Shown one piece after another: positions 1 to 9,296 of a stretch of DNA of 64,000 nt. Position numbers and translations under genes: made by a program. This DNA is from Planctomycetaceae bacterium (lineage in GTDB: Bacteria > Planctomycetota > Planctomycetia > Planctomycetales > Planctomycetaceae). Position 1 is the first letter of the stretch, and each line of letters starts with the position of its first letter. The DNA is taken from contig JBJXGP010000363.1 of NCBI GenBank assembly GCA_046160425.1, forward strand, positions 1,061-65,060. The letters run 5' to 3'. The notes under the pieces are model-generated. The model saw only the letters and a program-made list of their open reading frames with translations. It searched no databases and was not told the DNA's origin.

Positions 1-305
1 TCGGTCGCTTCGAAGCGTTTGTAGCGGTGAGCATCGCCGTGATAGAAGACGAAGTAGATGTCTCCCTTGAAGCGAAACATCGAGGGCCAACCGCCGAGGT
101 CGGTCATGGCCCGCGTCCATTTCGGCCGCAGCACCCCCTTGACGCCGTCAGAGGTGATGACCTCGAGCGACCGTTCGGCCTGGCGATACTCGCCGATTTT
201 GGGGAAACCTTCAAACGTCGGTTCGTCGTCTGCGAACGCAATAAGCGGAATACTTACAGAAGTGATGAGAGCAAAAGCGAACCGCAGTTGTCGAGTGATT
301 TTCAT
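1..305 (-). CDS. hypothetical secreted protein, N-terminal part only (gene runs off the left edge)
   Basis: A minus-strand ATG at 305 opens a frame that stays open to position 1: MKITRQLRFAFALITSVSIPLIAFADDEPTFEGFPKIGEY... The N-terminus looks like a signal peptide. It is absent from the ORF track because it has no stop in the window. Confidence 0.5.
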   Translation of the reverse strand, partial: MKITRQLRFAFALITSVSIPLIAFADDEPTFEGFPKIGEYRQAERSLEVITSDGVKGVLRPKWTRAMTDLGGWPSMFRFKGDIYFVFYHGDAHRYKRFEAT

Positions 306-387
306 GTGATATCTCCGGACTTGAATTACAAAAAGTTCATCGGAGATATTGTACAATCATAACCGGCGAAACAGTATAGCCGATGGG

Positions 388-1653
388 TTACGTCAATGGC
401 TTCTGTTTGTCGGGGATGTCAGGCTTCTTTGCCGGGGATGATTTCGTGTCCGATTCAGATTTCGCCGGTTTCAGGCGATACGTGAATCCGCCGAGCAGTT
501 TCCCCTCGCGGCCGCGATGGCATTGCAGACATTCATCGACCGCGCGAATCGCTCCGACCATCCGCAGGCCGAGTTGATCCTCGGCGACGATCAGGTCTTC
601 GCCCTGTTCGAGGCGTGAGATTGCCTGTTGTTCGAACTCATCGAGTTTACGCGTGGGTGCTGAATCGGACTTCAGTTCATCCATGCTCGGCAGGTTGTCT
701 GAGAGATATGCCGCGGGGGGAGTGTGTTTGAGCAGACTGATGAGTTCCAATCTGGCAATGTCGTAGGACATTTTTGAATCGCGATCTTTGCTCGCCCATT
801 GCGGAGGAGTCCGAAACCCGTGCGATTGAAACCCGATCATCTGTCGGCGTTCGCGATCGACGTATCCGAAGCCGGAGGCATTGGCGAAGTTGACGATTTG
901 ATCGACATGGAACGCAATGGCATTCTTTTGAGCGAGTGGATTCGAATGCTCGGCACCGATCACGCTTTCATCCGCGAACACCAGTTCCTGTGGCGGCGAT
1001 GCGAGAGGATCGTATGGGGGGGGAGTCCATTCGGGTTGTTTAACCGGCCCCGGGGAGGGGAGATCGATGAATTCTTTTCGCGGACGGATATCCCCCATGC
1101 GCCCGACACCGAACCCGTTGGCGACCTGAAATTCCGAGACGGTCCCCTGGTGAAGGCTCATCAGCGTGCTCAACCCGCGCGTTCTGCGCTTCGATTCCCA
1201 GTTGGGTTGACTCCAGACTTCCGACTCCGTTTGTATCAGCAGTTCGCTCCTCGCGTCAGGGGCATCGGCGGTCGATGTCCGCTCGTCGTCCACATTTGGT
1301 ATTTCCGTTTCGTACGGTAATCGCGAATCAATCGCCTGTGGCTGATAGGTTGCTTTCAATTCTTGCATCTCAGGGATTTGCTTGATGACGTCAGACCATC
1401 CCAGAGAATTCAGCAAAACCAGAATGAGAGCATGACAGAGAACGTAGTTTCTCCATCGCACGTTCGCCGTCTTGCACGCAATGGCAATTAAGAAGGCGAA
1501 AAACCACGCGGCAATCAGAGGGGGGAACATCGTGAGCAGGATCAGCAAGCCGAGAAAACCATACACGGCCGTCATCGACACCGGTTCCGTCAGATAGATC
1601 ACACTCACGATTCCCAGAAGGATAAGGCTGACGACGGCGAAGAATATGAGCAT
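388..1653 (-). CDS. membrane-anchored hypothetical protein with a single C-terminal CxxCH (c-type haem-binding-like) motif
   Basis: 421-aa ORF. The N-terminal ~90 aa are strongly hydrophobic (several predicted TM helices). The C-terminus contains ...VDECLQCHRGREGKLLGGF... Confidence 0.55.
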   Translation of the reverse strand: MLIFFAVVSLILLGIVSVIYLTEPVSMTAVYGFLGLLILLTMFPPLIAAWFFAFLIAIACKTANVRWRNYVLCHALILVLLNSLGWSDVIKQIPEMQELKATYQPQAIDSRLPYETEIPNVDDERTSTADAPDARSELLIQTESEVWSQPNWESKRRTRGLSTLMSLHQGTVSEFQVANGFGVGRMGDIRPRKEFIDLPSPGPVKQPEWTPPPYDPLASPPQELVFADESVIGAEHSNPLAQKNAIAFHVDQIVNFANASGFGYVDRERRQMIGFQSHGFRTPPQWASKDRDSKMSYDIARLELISLLKHTPPAAYLSDNLPSMDELKSDSAPTRKLDEFEQQAISRLEQGEDLIVAEDQLGLRMVGAIRAVDECLQCHRGREGKLLGGFTYRLKPAKSESDTKSSPAKKPDIPDKQKPLT

Positions 1654-1837
1654 GATCCGGCTCCTATTGTCCGAGGTGATGTGGTCCGCAAACCGACGTG
1701 ATGTGATTCTTGATGTGAGCTTACCAATTCATACGCCATGACCAGGGTTAGCGTTGAATAAATGAGAAATAAATTATTCGTGTTGGAGAAAATTGTCCGG
1801 GGAAGCAGATGCAGTTGTTGTGAACAAAAACCGCTTG

Positions 1838-2254
1838 TCAGGGAATCAATACCGCCATCAATTCTGCGGCGGTCACAATTTCTATCTCATGGTATCGTCT
1901 CAACGCCAATAGGTGCCGGTCGCCGGAAACGATGAATCTGGCCTCGGCGGTCATCGCGCAGGCAATAACCGCATCGTCATCCGGATCATCAATGATGATT
2001 GGTTCGACTGCATCAGGAACGATAACGCGGGCAAGCGAAGCATAGCCAAGCACCAATTCCCGTGCTGATGTATTCGCTGTCGCAAGATGTTTCGCAAACT
2101 TGGTGCGATCCAGAACTTCTTCCAACTCAGCGAGAAGCGCATAACTCGTAAAGAGTTCAATTCGGCCTTCGCGAGCTGCATCCAAAATCGCTCTTGGTGG
2201 GCCACGCCAGAACAACCCCGAGATGATGACGTTGGAATCAGCGATCACTCGCAT
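1838..2254 (-). CDS. PIN-domain toxin (type II toxin-antitoxin, PIN_3/TIGR00305-like)
   Basis: 138 aa: MRVIADSNVIISGLFWRGPPRAILDAAREGRIELFTSYALLAELEEVL...DDPDDDAVIACA...IVSGDRHLL. This is the typical acidic-residue pattern of PIN family toxins. It overlaps the upstream small gene by 17 nt. Confidence 0.8.
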   Translation of the reverse strand: MRVIADSNVIISGLFWRGPPRAILDAAREGRIELFTSYALLAELEEVLDRTKFAKHLATANTSARELVLGYASLARVIVPDAVEPIIIDDPDDDAVIACAMTAEARFIVSGDRHLLALRRYHEIEIVTAAELMAVLIP

Positions 2255-2492
2255 TCGTCGAACGCCTTTGCTCGCGAGCCACCCTGATTTCAGATTCGAT
2301 TTCGGCTTCGCTCAGCATCGGTGAATCCACGGACGAAAGTCGATCGGCAGACTCAAACAAATGATCGACGCGGCGTCGACGCAACTCGGCTCGCAAGAGT
2401 TCCTCGACCGACTCGGGTGTCAATAAACCGTTCGCCGTGGCTTCGCGCGCAAGTTGATCGGAAATGACAAGGGTAATCTCTATCGAAGACAT
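2238..2492 (-). CDS. putative antitoxin partner of the PIN toxin
   Basis: Small ORF immediately upstream of and overlapping the PIN gene. I prefer the internal ATG at 2492 (MSSIEITLVISDQLAREA...), which has GGAG about 8 nt upstream. The sequence is small and charged/helical. Confidence 0.6.
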   Translation of the reverse strand: MSSIEITLVISDQLAREATANGLLTPESVEELLRAELRRRRVDHLFESADRLSSVDSPMLSEAEIESEIRVAREQRRSTNASDR

Positions 2493-2583
2493 ATTCGATT
2501 CTCCAAGGTCCAAATTCGGGCCTATCTTATATTGTACAGGAAGTTACTCGTGAAGCAATTGGAGGATTTTATGAACTGAGGAT

Positions 2584-2601
2584 GGTGGGACAAAACCCAC
2601 C
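2584..2601 (-). terminator. 3-prime stem-loop after the DUF1802 gene (6-bp stem)
   Basis: GGTGGG-acaaaa-CCCACC, about 25 nt downstream of the minus-strand stop at 2625. Confidence 0.25.
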
Positions 2602-2624
2602 CGACGCGCACTCGCTTCCAACGA

Positions 2625-3197
2625 TTACGTTTCAAACAATATCCGCCGCACTGCGTCTCGTAGTTCTGCAAAATCTTCATCGCTCAATACGGGTATGAGA
2701 CCCGCCGTTGAAAACGCATCCGGCAGCTCCACCCAGCTCTTGCAGCCTGCCATTGTGGCCGTTTCCGTCACGTCGAATGGTTCAGCCAAACGGTAGACGC
2801 GAGCGACGATCACAAAGACGCCAGGCTGGCGATAATGGAATCGCTGCTCGACCGTTTTTTCGGAGAGAATGTGCAGCCCCGCAAGTCGATGGAGACAATC
2901 CAGGTCGGCCAATTCATGCACGTCGCTGACGGTGCAGTATAACGAGATCGGAACCTGATTCGCCGGTGGAGCGTTGTCGCGGGTCGCTTCCCAATAAGGT
3001 TTCGCTGAAGGAACGATCGCCTCGTCCCCTTGATGAAACTGCGTGGGGTACAACCAGAACTCATCGTGGTTGATGCGAAACCCGTCGCGGCCTTCGCTGA
3101 TGCCTCCCTTGCGAATGAACAACGTCTGCGCCCCCGCCCTCAGTGCCTGGCAGACAACGGCCCACTCTTTGAAGGCGATGTGATTTGATGTTTTCAT
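2625..3197 (-). CDS. DUF1802 family protein
   Basis: ...HIAFKEWAVVCQALRAGAQTLFIRKGGISEGRDGFRINHDEFWLYPTQFHQ... matches the conserved N-terminal block of DUF1802 as I remember it. Start placed at MKTSNH (ATG at 3197); the ORF track extends to 3272. Confidence 0.65.
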   Translation of the reverse strand: MKTSNHIAFKEWAVVCQALRAGAQTLFIRKGGISEGRDGFRINHDEFWLYPTQFHQGDEAIVPSAKPYWEATRDNAPPANQVPISLYCTVSDVHELADLDCLHRLAGLHILSEKTVEQRFHYRQPGVFVIVARVYRLAEPFDVTETATMAGCKSWVELPDAFSTAGLIPVLSDEDFAELRDAVRRILFET

Positions 3198-3280
3198 GAG
3201 GGAACGCGCTCCGCTGCGGAAACCCTTCGCGTCGCGGCTAACCGAATTATTTTTGACTCCCGATCTCCCCATCGTTCAAA

Positions 3281-4657
3281 CTACTGCTCCACATTCCCTT
3301 GCACGACGGCTGTATCCGGCGCCACATCGAGCAATTGCCCGCTCGCTCCCGACACGATGTTGCCTTGAATGAGGTTCCCTTTGCTCGCACCCCGCACGCG
3401 GACTGCTTGCAGCATTTTCGCGGGTGTCCGTCGATCGATGATCGTGTTGCCTTGGACCTGGCATTGTTCGCAGTCGATGAGGTCGATGCCGCGAACGTTG
3501 CTATCGAGCAGAATGCATTGACTGACGGTGATCGCTTTCGAGCGGACGACGGAAATCGCTCCTCCTTCATCGGCGGTCCCGGAGGCGATGCGTTCTCCCG
3601 ATAAACTGCTGAGGATGCAATTGTCGCAACCGACGAGCTTGATTCCATCGCTCGTCGGCCAATCGTCGTCGGTTCTCCAGGCAATCGTATTGGCCGAGCA
3701 AATCAGACTCGTGCAATTCTCGGCATACATCGACAGGTCTCGCGAATCGTAAATCGTATTGCCGGTCACGGTGATGCGGCGCACGTGGCGGAGGTCGAGT
3801 CCACGGTTCTGGCTGCCGATCACGTTGCCGGTGATCGTAATCAACCAGGCTCCCGTGAGAGAAAGTTCCGGTGGACCCCAGATGCGGATGTTCGCCCCAC
3901 CCGGCTGCACGGTCGCCTGGATCGTGTTGCTGCAAATCGACACCTCGCTGATCGAACCGTTGGGCGACTCGAACCAGATTTCTCCACCCGTCGGTTCGCC
4001 GTTGGGTGAGGCATCGAGTCCCGGGCGGTTATTGTATTCGATATCGTTGCCGGTGATGTGGAAGTTATGCACGTCGCCGTCGAGAGTCTTGATGCCGCCT
4101 CGTTTGTTATAGCTGATATGATTGCCGTGAATGATCGCCTGATGCAGATTGCAGCGATCGAAGAAGACGCCGTATTCGTGGTTATCGTAGATGTGCGAAT
4201 CGGCGAGCAGAAAGTTTCGGTTGCGTTCGACGAGGTGAATGCCGATGCGGCATTTACGGATGAGCACCTGCGTGATTGTGGTCTGAATCGTTTTGCGAAG
4301 TTCGATACCGACCGCCTCGGGATGCTCGCCGAGAATTTCGACGCCGCTGATCGTCGGGAAGCGTTCGTTCTGCCATGTGTGATCCTTGACGGATTCAGGA
4401 ACGGCGGTCCCCTGATGATCGCCGAGCAGCCGGATCGCCGGCCCCGGCCCGGCCATGATGATCCGCGAAGCTCCGCCGGTACCGCGCACCGCAGCGTATC
4501 CCTGCTTCGTCATGTCGATGACCAGCGACTGGTTAATGCGGTACGTTCCCTTATGCAAATCGAGAATACCGTCACCGGCATCGAGTGCATGTTGCAGCGT
4601 TGCGGTATCGTCCGCCACACCATCGCCTTGTGCGCCGAAATGAAATGCGTTGGCCAT
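3281..4657 (-). CDS. right-handed parallel beta-helix repeat protein (pectate-lyase superfamily)
   Basis: MANAFHFGAQGDGVADDTATLQHALDAGDGILDLHKGTYRI is a typical pectate_lyase_3-type N-terminus. Many repeated (I/V)xGN(T/V)I units follow. Start placed at ATG 4657, because the longer ORF would run through the asnB 3-prime hairpin. Confidence 0.75.
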   Translation of the reverse strand: MANAFHFGAQGDGVADDTATLQHALDAGDGILDLHKGTYRINQSLVIDMTKQGYAAVRGTGGASRIIMAGPGPAIRLLGDHQGTAVPESVKDHTWQNERFPTISGVEILGEHPEAVGIELRKTIQTTITQVLIRKCRIGIHLVERNRNFLLADSHIYDNHEYGVFFDRCNLHQAIIHGNHISYNKRGGIKTLDGDVHNFHITGNDIEYNNRPGLDASPNGEPTGGEIWFESPNGSISEVSICSNTIQATVQPGGANIRIWGPPELSLTGAWLITITGNVIGSQNRGLDLRHVRRITVTGNTIYDSRDLSMYAENCTSLICSANTIAWRTDDDWPTSDGIKLVGCDNCILSSLSGERIASGTADEGGAISVVRSKAITVSQCILLDSNVRGIDLIDCEQCQVQGNTIIDRRTPAKMLQAVRVRGASKGNLIQGNIVSGASGQLLDVAPDTAVVQGNVEQ

Positions 4658-4715
4658 GTTGTGCTTTCTTTGTTGCTGATTCGCGTATAAGGCGCTCGCT
4701 CGATTGGGAAAAAGA

Positions 4716-4732
4716 CGGTGGGCGTAGCCCAC
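4716..4732 (-). terminator. 3-prime stem-loop immediately after asnB (7-bp stem, 3-nt loop, no U-tract)
   Basis: GGTGGGC-gta-GCCCACC, directly adjacent to the asnB stop at 4734. Confidence 0.3.
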
Positions 4733-4733
4733 C

Positions 4734-6674
4734 CTACGAAGATTGGTGCTCCAGCCAGGCTTGAAACATGAGAATGTCCCACAGGTAATAGTGCCAGCTT
4801 TCGGTCCCCGAGAGGTGGCGTTGCCACTTGTCGCGGATCGGTTGCGGATGAAAATAACCTTCGCGCTTCAGGCGTTCTTCTGAAAGGAGTTCCTCGGCCC
4901 ATTCCTTGAGCGGACCTCGCAACCAATCGTCGATGGGAATTCCGAAACCGGTCTTGGGTCGGTCGAAAAGCGCCCGCGGAACATAACGGTCGAGCACTTG
5001 CCGTAGAATCCATTTGGTCTGTCCATCGCGCACTTTCAAATCGAGCGGGAGACTCCAGAGGTGTTCGACAACGCGGTAATCGAGCAATGGCACGCGGGCT
5101 TCCAGCCCGACCGACATGCTCGCACGATCGACTTTCACAAGGATGTCATCGGGGAGGTAGGTCAAGGTATCGGTGAGCATCATCTCTTCCAGAAACGAAT
5201 CGCAACACTCGTCAACGTTCGTGCCGGTCAGTTCCGCAAATCGAGGGACATTCAGCGGTTGATCGTGTGCGATGACGATCTGCTCTGGATATTTCCAATG
5301 CGAATTCAACAGATCATACATGTCAGAACGATCAGCAAGCTCCAGAAAATCGGCAAGCGTATTCGCTTTTCGTCGCATGACACCAGGTTTGTGGCGCGGA
5401 AACATCGTTCTTATACCCGATGCCACAAAACGTCTCATAGGTCCGGGGAGCCAACCCCATTGCTTCCAGAGCCGCGTCATATATCCGTAGCGGTCGTAAC
5501 CGCCGCAGAGTTCGTCTCCGCCATCCCCCGACAGACTGACGGTCACCGACCGGCGAGCAAGTTGAGAGACGAGCCATGTCGGAATCTGAGACGAATCGCC
5601 GAACGGTTCATCGAACATTTGCGGCAGGCGGGGGATCACATCGCGGGCTTCCTTTGGCGTGACGATCCACTCGGTGTGATCGGTCCCCAAGTGCCGTGCG
5701 ACAGCGCGGGCGGCATCGGCTTCGTTGTATTTGGTCTCTGCATAGCCAATCGAAAATGTCTTGACAGGACTCTTGCTGACCGACTGCATCAGGCTGACGA
5801 CGAGTGAAGAATCGATCCCGCCGGAGAGAAACGCCCCCAGTGGAACATCGGCGATCATCCGTTTCTGAACGGCATCCTTCAGCAAGGTTTCAAGCCGGTC
5901 GACTTCTATTCGATCGTGCTGTTCACCGCCAATGCGTCTGCTGCGATCTGATCGTTTCTCCCGCACATAGGCCGCGAGATCCCAATATCGCTTCGGCGTA
6001 TCGAGATTGTTAAGCTGCTCAGGCGAAATCGTCAACCACGAGCCGGCGGGAAGTTTATGGATCTGCCGATAAATCGAATGGGGAGCGGGAATATCATTGT
6101 GCTTGAGATACAGACACAACGCCGAGCGGTCGATCTCGCCGATGAAATGCGGATGAGTTTTTAATGCCTTAAGCTCCGACCCGAACAGGAGCGTTCCATT
6201 GCAGACGCCGTAGTAGAGCGGCTTGATGCCGAGCCGATCGCGAACCAGCGTCAATTTTCGTTCTTTTCGATCCCAGAGGGCGAACGCGAACATGCCGTTG
6301 GATCGCCGGATGGCCTCTTCGATTCCCCACGTCGCCACGGCTTCAAGTAATATTTCGGTATCCGAATGTCCGCGAAACTGCACGCCTTGTTGTTCGAGTT
6401 CTGCACGCATTTCGGGATGCGAGTAGATCTCACCGTTATAAACGAGAACGTAGCGTTCGTCGCGCGAGATCATCGGTTGATGACCGGTGGGAGAGAGATC
6501 GACGATCGACAGCCGGGTTTGTCCCAGGCCGATTCCCGCGGCGGCATCGACCCACGTGCCGCGATCGTCGGGTCCGCGATGATCCAAAGTCATTGCCATG
6601 CGCAGCGCGATTTCGTCGAGTTCTCCGGAGGAAAACCGCTGAGTCTGCGTCAGGAAACCGGCGATGCCGCACAT
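4734..6674 (-). CDS. asnB: asparagine synthase (glutamine-hydrolysing)
   Basis: The N-terminal MCGIAGF nucleophile motif puts the start at ATG 6674. Also ...SGGIDSS... (PP-loop) and ~645 aa total length. Confidence 0.9.
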   Translation of the reverse strand: MCGIAGFLTQTQRFSSGELDEIALRMAMTLDHRGPDDRGTWVDAAAGIGLGQTRLSIVDLSPTGHQPMISRDERYVLVYNGEIYSHPEMRAELEQQGVQFRGHSDTEILLEAVATWGIEEAIRRSNGMFAFALWDRKERKLTLVRDRLGIKPLYYGVCNGTLLFGSELKALKTHPHFIGEIDRSALCLYLKHNDIPAPHSIYRQIHKLPAGSWLTISPEQLNNLDTPKRYWDLAAYVREKRSDRSRRIGGEQHDRIEVDRLETLLKDAVQKRMIADVPLGAFLSGGIDSSLVVSLMQSVSKSPVKTFSIGYAETKYNEADAARAVARHLGTDHTEWIVTPKEARDVIPRLPQMFDEPFGDSSQIPTWLVSQLARRSVTVSLSGDGGDELCGGYDRYGYMTRLWKQWGWLPGPMRRFVASGIRTMFPRHKPGVMRRKANTLADFLELADRSDMYDLLNSHWKYPEQIVIAHDQPLNVPRFAELTGTNVDECCDSFLEEMMLTDTLTYLPDDILVKVDRASMSVGLEARVPLLDYRVVEHLWSLPLDLKVRDGQTKWILRQVLDRYVPRALFDRPKTGFGIPIDDWLRGPLKEWAEELLSEERLKREGYFHPQPIRDKWQRHLSGTESWHYYLWDILMFQAWLEHQSS

Positions 6675-6972
6675 AGGATCTTTGCAAAGCGGACAATGGA
6701 TGAGATTTGTTACGGACAATGTACGTCATCGAGATCGCTACAGATTATGTGATCGACCGGGGATACGCGAGCGAAAGCGGAGGAATTGCAAAATTTGCAA
6801 TCCTATCGTGGGCAACTGCGTATGAATCGACTTGTCCAGAATTGATCTCGCCCGGTTTTTCGTGATGTGTTATCGTCCATCCCCCCCGCAAATTGATCAT
6901 CTCGTTTTGGCATGCCGTCCTCCTTCAATTCGTTCACCTCCACAATACGAATTTCGTATTTCCAGAGAAACT

Positions 6973-7974
6973 ATGCCTCGCAAATCGTCTCGCAAGTCCG
7001 AAAAGCATGTTCGTAAATTGTTGTCGGTGATTTTCTGTCTGATCATCGGACTGGTGATGTCGTTTTACGGCCTCGACCAGCACCAACAGAACAAGACGGA
7101 CGAGTCTCTCCCCGACGATCCTCGTTTTTCCTCGGCGTCGATCGATCTTCCCGTGATCCCGGACCGCATTCGGGTCGCCTCGTTCAACATTCAGGTTTTC
7201 GGGCAGAGCAAACTCAACAAGGCGCGAGTCATCCGCGTTCTCTCGCGACTGATCCATCAGTTCGATGTGGTCGCCGTGCAGGAAATTCGCTCGGATAGCC
7301 AGGATGTCGTCCCACGCTTTCTCTCGATCGTCAACCACGACGGCGGAAACTACGACTACGTGATCAGCGACCGGCTGGGACGGACCACAAGCAAAGAGCA
7401 ATATGCCTTCCTCTACAACGCCGACCGCATCGAAGTCGATCGACAATCGCTCTCGACTCTGCACCAGTTCCAGAATCGGCTGCATCGCCCGCCGTTCGTC
7501 GCCAAATTTCACGTGCGAGGAACCGCCTCAAAACAACCTTTCACATTTACGCTGGTGAATCTTCATACCGATCCCGACGAGACTCGCAAAGAACTGAATG
7601 CACTCGATGATGTGATCGACTTCGTGCGTACCGCCGATCCTCAGGAGGACGACGTCATCTTACTGGGTGATCTCAACGTCGACCGGAAACATTTCGGCGA
7701 ACTGGGGCAGATGCCTCACTTGCAGAGCGTGCCGATCTCCAAACCGACCAATACCCGGCAGACGGCACAATACGATCACATCACATTCGACGCATTGAGC
7801 ACGACCGAATTCACCGGACGCGCGGATGTCTACGATCTGCCGGCTCGATTCGGTATGAGCATCGAAGAAACGCTGGAGGTTTCCGACCATCTGCCCATCT
7901 GGGCAGAATTCGACATCGAAGAACATCAAATCGAAAAATCGATCGCGCAACCGGCCGATCCGTTGCGGTTTTAA
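6973..7974 (+). CDS. endonuclease/exonuclease/phosphatase (DNase I-like) family protein with N-terminal membrane anchor or signal
   Basis: IRVASFNIQVFGQSKLNK...FDVVAVQEIR...VNLHTDP...LLGDLN...SDHLPIWAEF are EEP-fold motifs. Start placed at MPRKSSRK (ATG 6973), followed by a hydrophobic segment. Confidence 0.8.
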   Translation: MPRKSSRKSEKHVRKLLSVIFCLIIGLVMSFYGLDQHQQNKTDESLPDDPRFSSASIDLPVIPDRIRVASFNIQVFGQSKLNKARVIRVLSRLIHQFDVVAVQEIRSDSQDVVPRFLSIVNHDGGNYDYVISDRLGRTTSKEQYAFLYNADRIEVDRQSLSTLHQFQNRLHRPPFVAKFHVRGTASKQPFTFTLVNLHTDPDETRKELNALDDVIDFVRTADPQEDDVILLGDLNVDRKHFGELGQMPHLQSVPISKPTNTRQTAQYDHITFDALSTTEFTGRADVYDLPARFGMSIEETLEVSDHLPIWAEFDIEEHQIEKSIAQPADPLRF

Positions 7975-7979
7975 CCCGT

Positions 7980-9227
7980 TCATCGCGCAGGATGCAGCAC
8001 GAGCTTCGTCAGTTCCGGCGGGCAGTTCCAGCGCAGCGGATAGCGGCTCGAAAGCCCGCGTGAGACATACAGCAACGTCGGCGGGACATCGTACACTCCC
8101 CCCGCATAACGAACGCCGTGCAGACTCGGAGAAAAGACCGGACCGATGAACGGCAAAATCACCTGTCCGCCGTGATTATGCCCCGACAGCATCAGGTCGA
8201 TTTTTTCGCGACGCGCCCAGGCCAGATTATCGGGAGTGTGACTCAAGAGGAGTCGAAAAGCTTCGGAATTGCATCCTGAAAAGTCGGGATGTTCCCCCAT
8301 CCACGGTAACTCGGTCCCGCCGATGATCATTTCCTTGTCGCGATACCGAATCGATTCCGAGCGGCCGGAGACATCGATCCAGCCGAGTCGATTCATTTTA
8401 TCCCGAATCGGCTGCACATCGAGATTCCAGTCGTGATTGCCGAGGATGTATCGGCACCCCAGCGGCGCCTTGAGCCGGCCCAATGTCTCTGGCAGCCATT
8501 CGGCCAGACTCTGATCATCCAACAAATCACCCGTGAAGACGAATAGATTCGGCTGCATTCGTTCGGCTATCTCGCAAATCTGTTCGAAGTAACTTTTCCG
8601 GATCGTTCCGATAAAATGCATGTCGGTCAAATGGACGATCGAGAGTCCGGCCCATTCTTTGGGAAGCCGGGGGAGCCGAAAATGCTTTTCGCCGATCTGC
8701 ACGCGAAAGATTTCGTTTCGCGGAAAACGCGCCATCCAGCGATAGGGACCGTGACCGAGGGGCTTGTGTCCCAGCTTTTTCTCGACATCCACCGTCGTTG
8801 CATGGTTCAACAACAGAGATTTCGGCACTCTCCCGAAGTGAAAACGCCACATCGAAATCATCAGCCCGATGAAACCGCTCATCCCAATGATCGAAATCCA
8901 TCCCTGCAATCCGGTGAAGTTCGCGACGAACCATGAATTGGGCGACCGATCTTCCGGCAGAAATGAGTGCATCAATTCGCGGCTGTGTATCAACAGGCCA
9001 AGAAAGACCGTCCAGGGGACGATTACCAGTAAGGCCTCCTGCAAATGCCGCACGTGCCGCAAGCGTCGCTCGCGCACGGGCAAGCCATGCACGCGATTGA
9101 TGAGCGTGACGACCCATTCTGCACAACCGACCGCCAGAATGATCCACCAGAGCCACTGCAAGACAATCGTTCCTTTGTTCGTTATACTGCGTTCACGTGA
9201 TCCGCCTTTGCGATCAAGATGCGTCAA
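7980..9227 (-). CDS. membrane-associated metallophosphoesterase
   Basis: Hydrophobic N-terminal half, then IVHLTDMH...FTGDLLD...ILGNHD...SGHNHGGQV (calcineurin-like phosphoesterase motifs). The ORF-track start is a TTG; the true start is uncertain. Confidence 0.8.
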   Translation of the reverse strand: MTHLDRKGGSRERSITNKGTIVLQWLWWIILAVGCAEWVVTLINRVHGLPVRERRLRHVRHLQEALLVIVPWTVFLGLLIHSRELMHSFLPEDRSPNSWFVANFTGLQGWISIIGMSGFIGLMISMWRFHFGRVPKSLLLNHATTVDVEKKLGHKPLGHGPYRWMARFPRNEIFRVQIGEKHFRLPRLPKEWAGLSIVHLTDMHFIGTIRKSYFEQICEIAERMQPNLFVFTGDLLDDQSLAEWLPETLGRLKAPLGCRYILGNHDWNLDVQPIRDKMNRLGWIDVSGRSESIRYRDKEMIIGGTELPWMGEHPDFSGCNSEAFRLLLSHTPDNLAWARREKIDLMLSGHNHGGQVILPFIGPVFSPSLHGVRYAGGVYDVPPTLLYVSRGLSSRYPLRWNCPPELTKLVLHPAR

Positions 9228-9296
9228 GCGGCTACAGTTTATCGTTTGCTCCCCCGAACATTACAAGCATCAAAGTCACGAATCGTCCAGAACAGC

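Noticed and set aside
345-358. ATTGTACAAT palindrome, and a related ATTGTACAGG at 2531 upstream of the PIN/antitoxin operon, considered as a shared operator
   Set aside because: Only one of the two is a true palindrome, the shared core is 8 nt, and the contexts are unrelated. This is too little to support a regulatory call.
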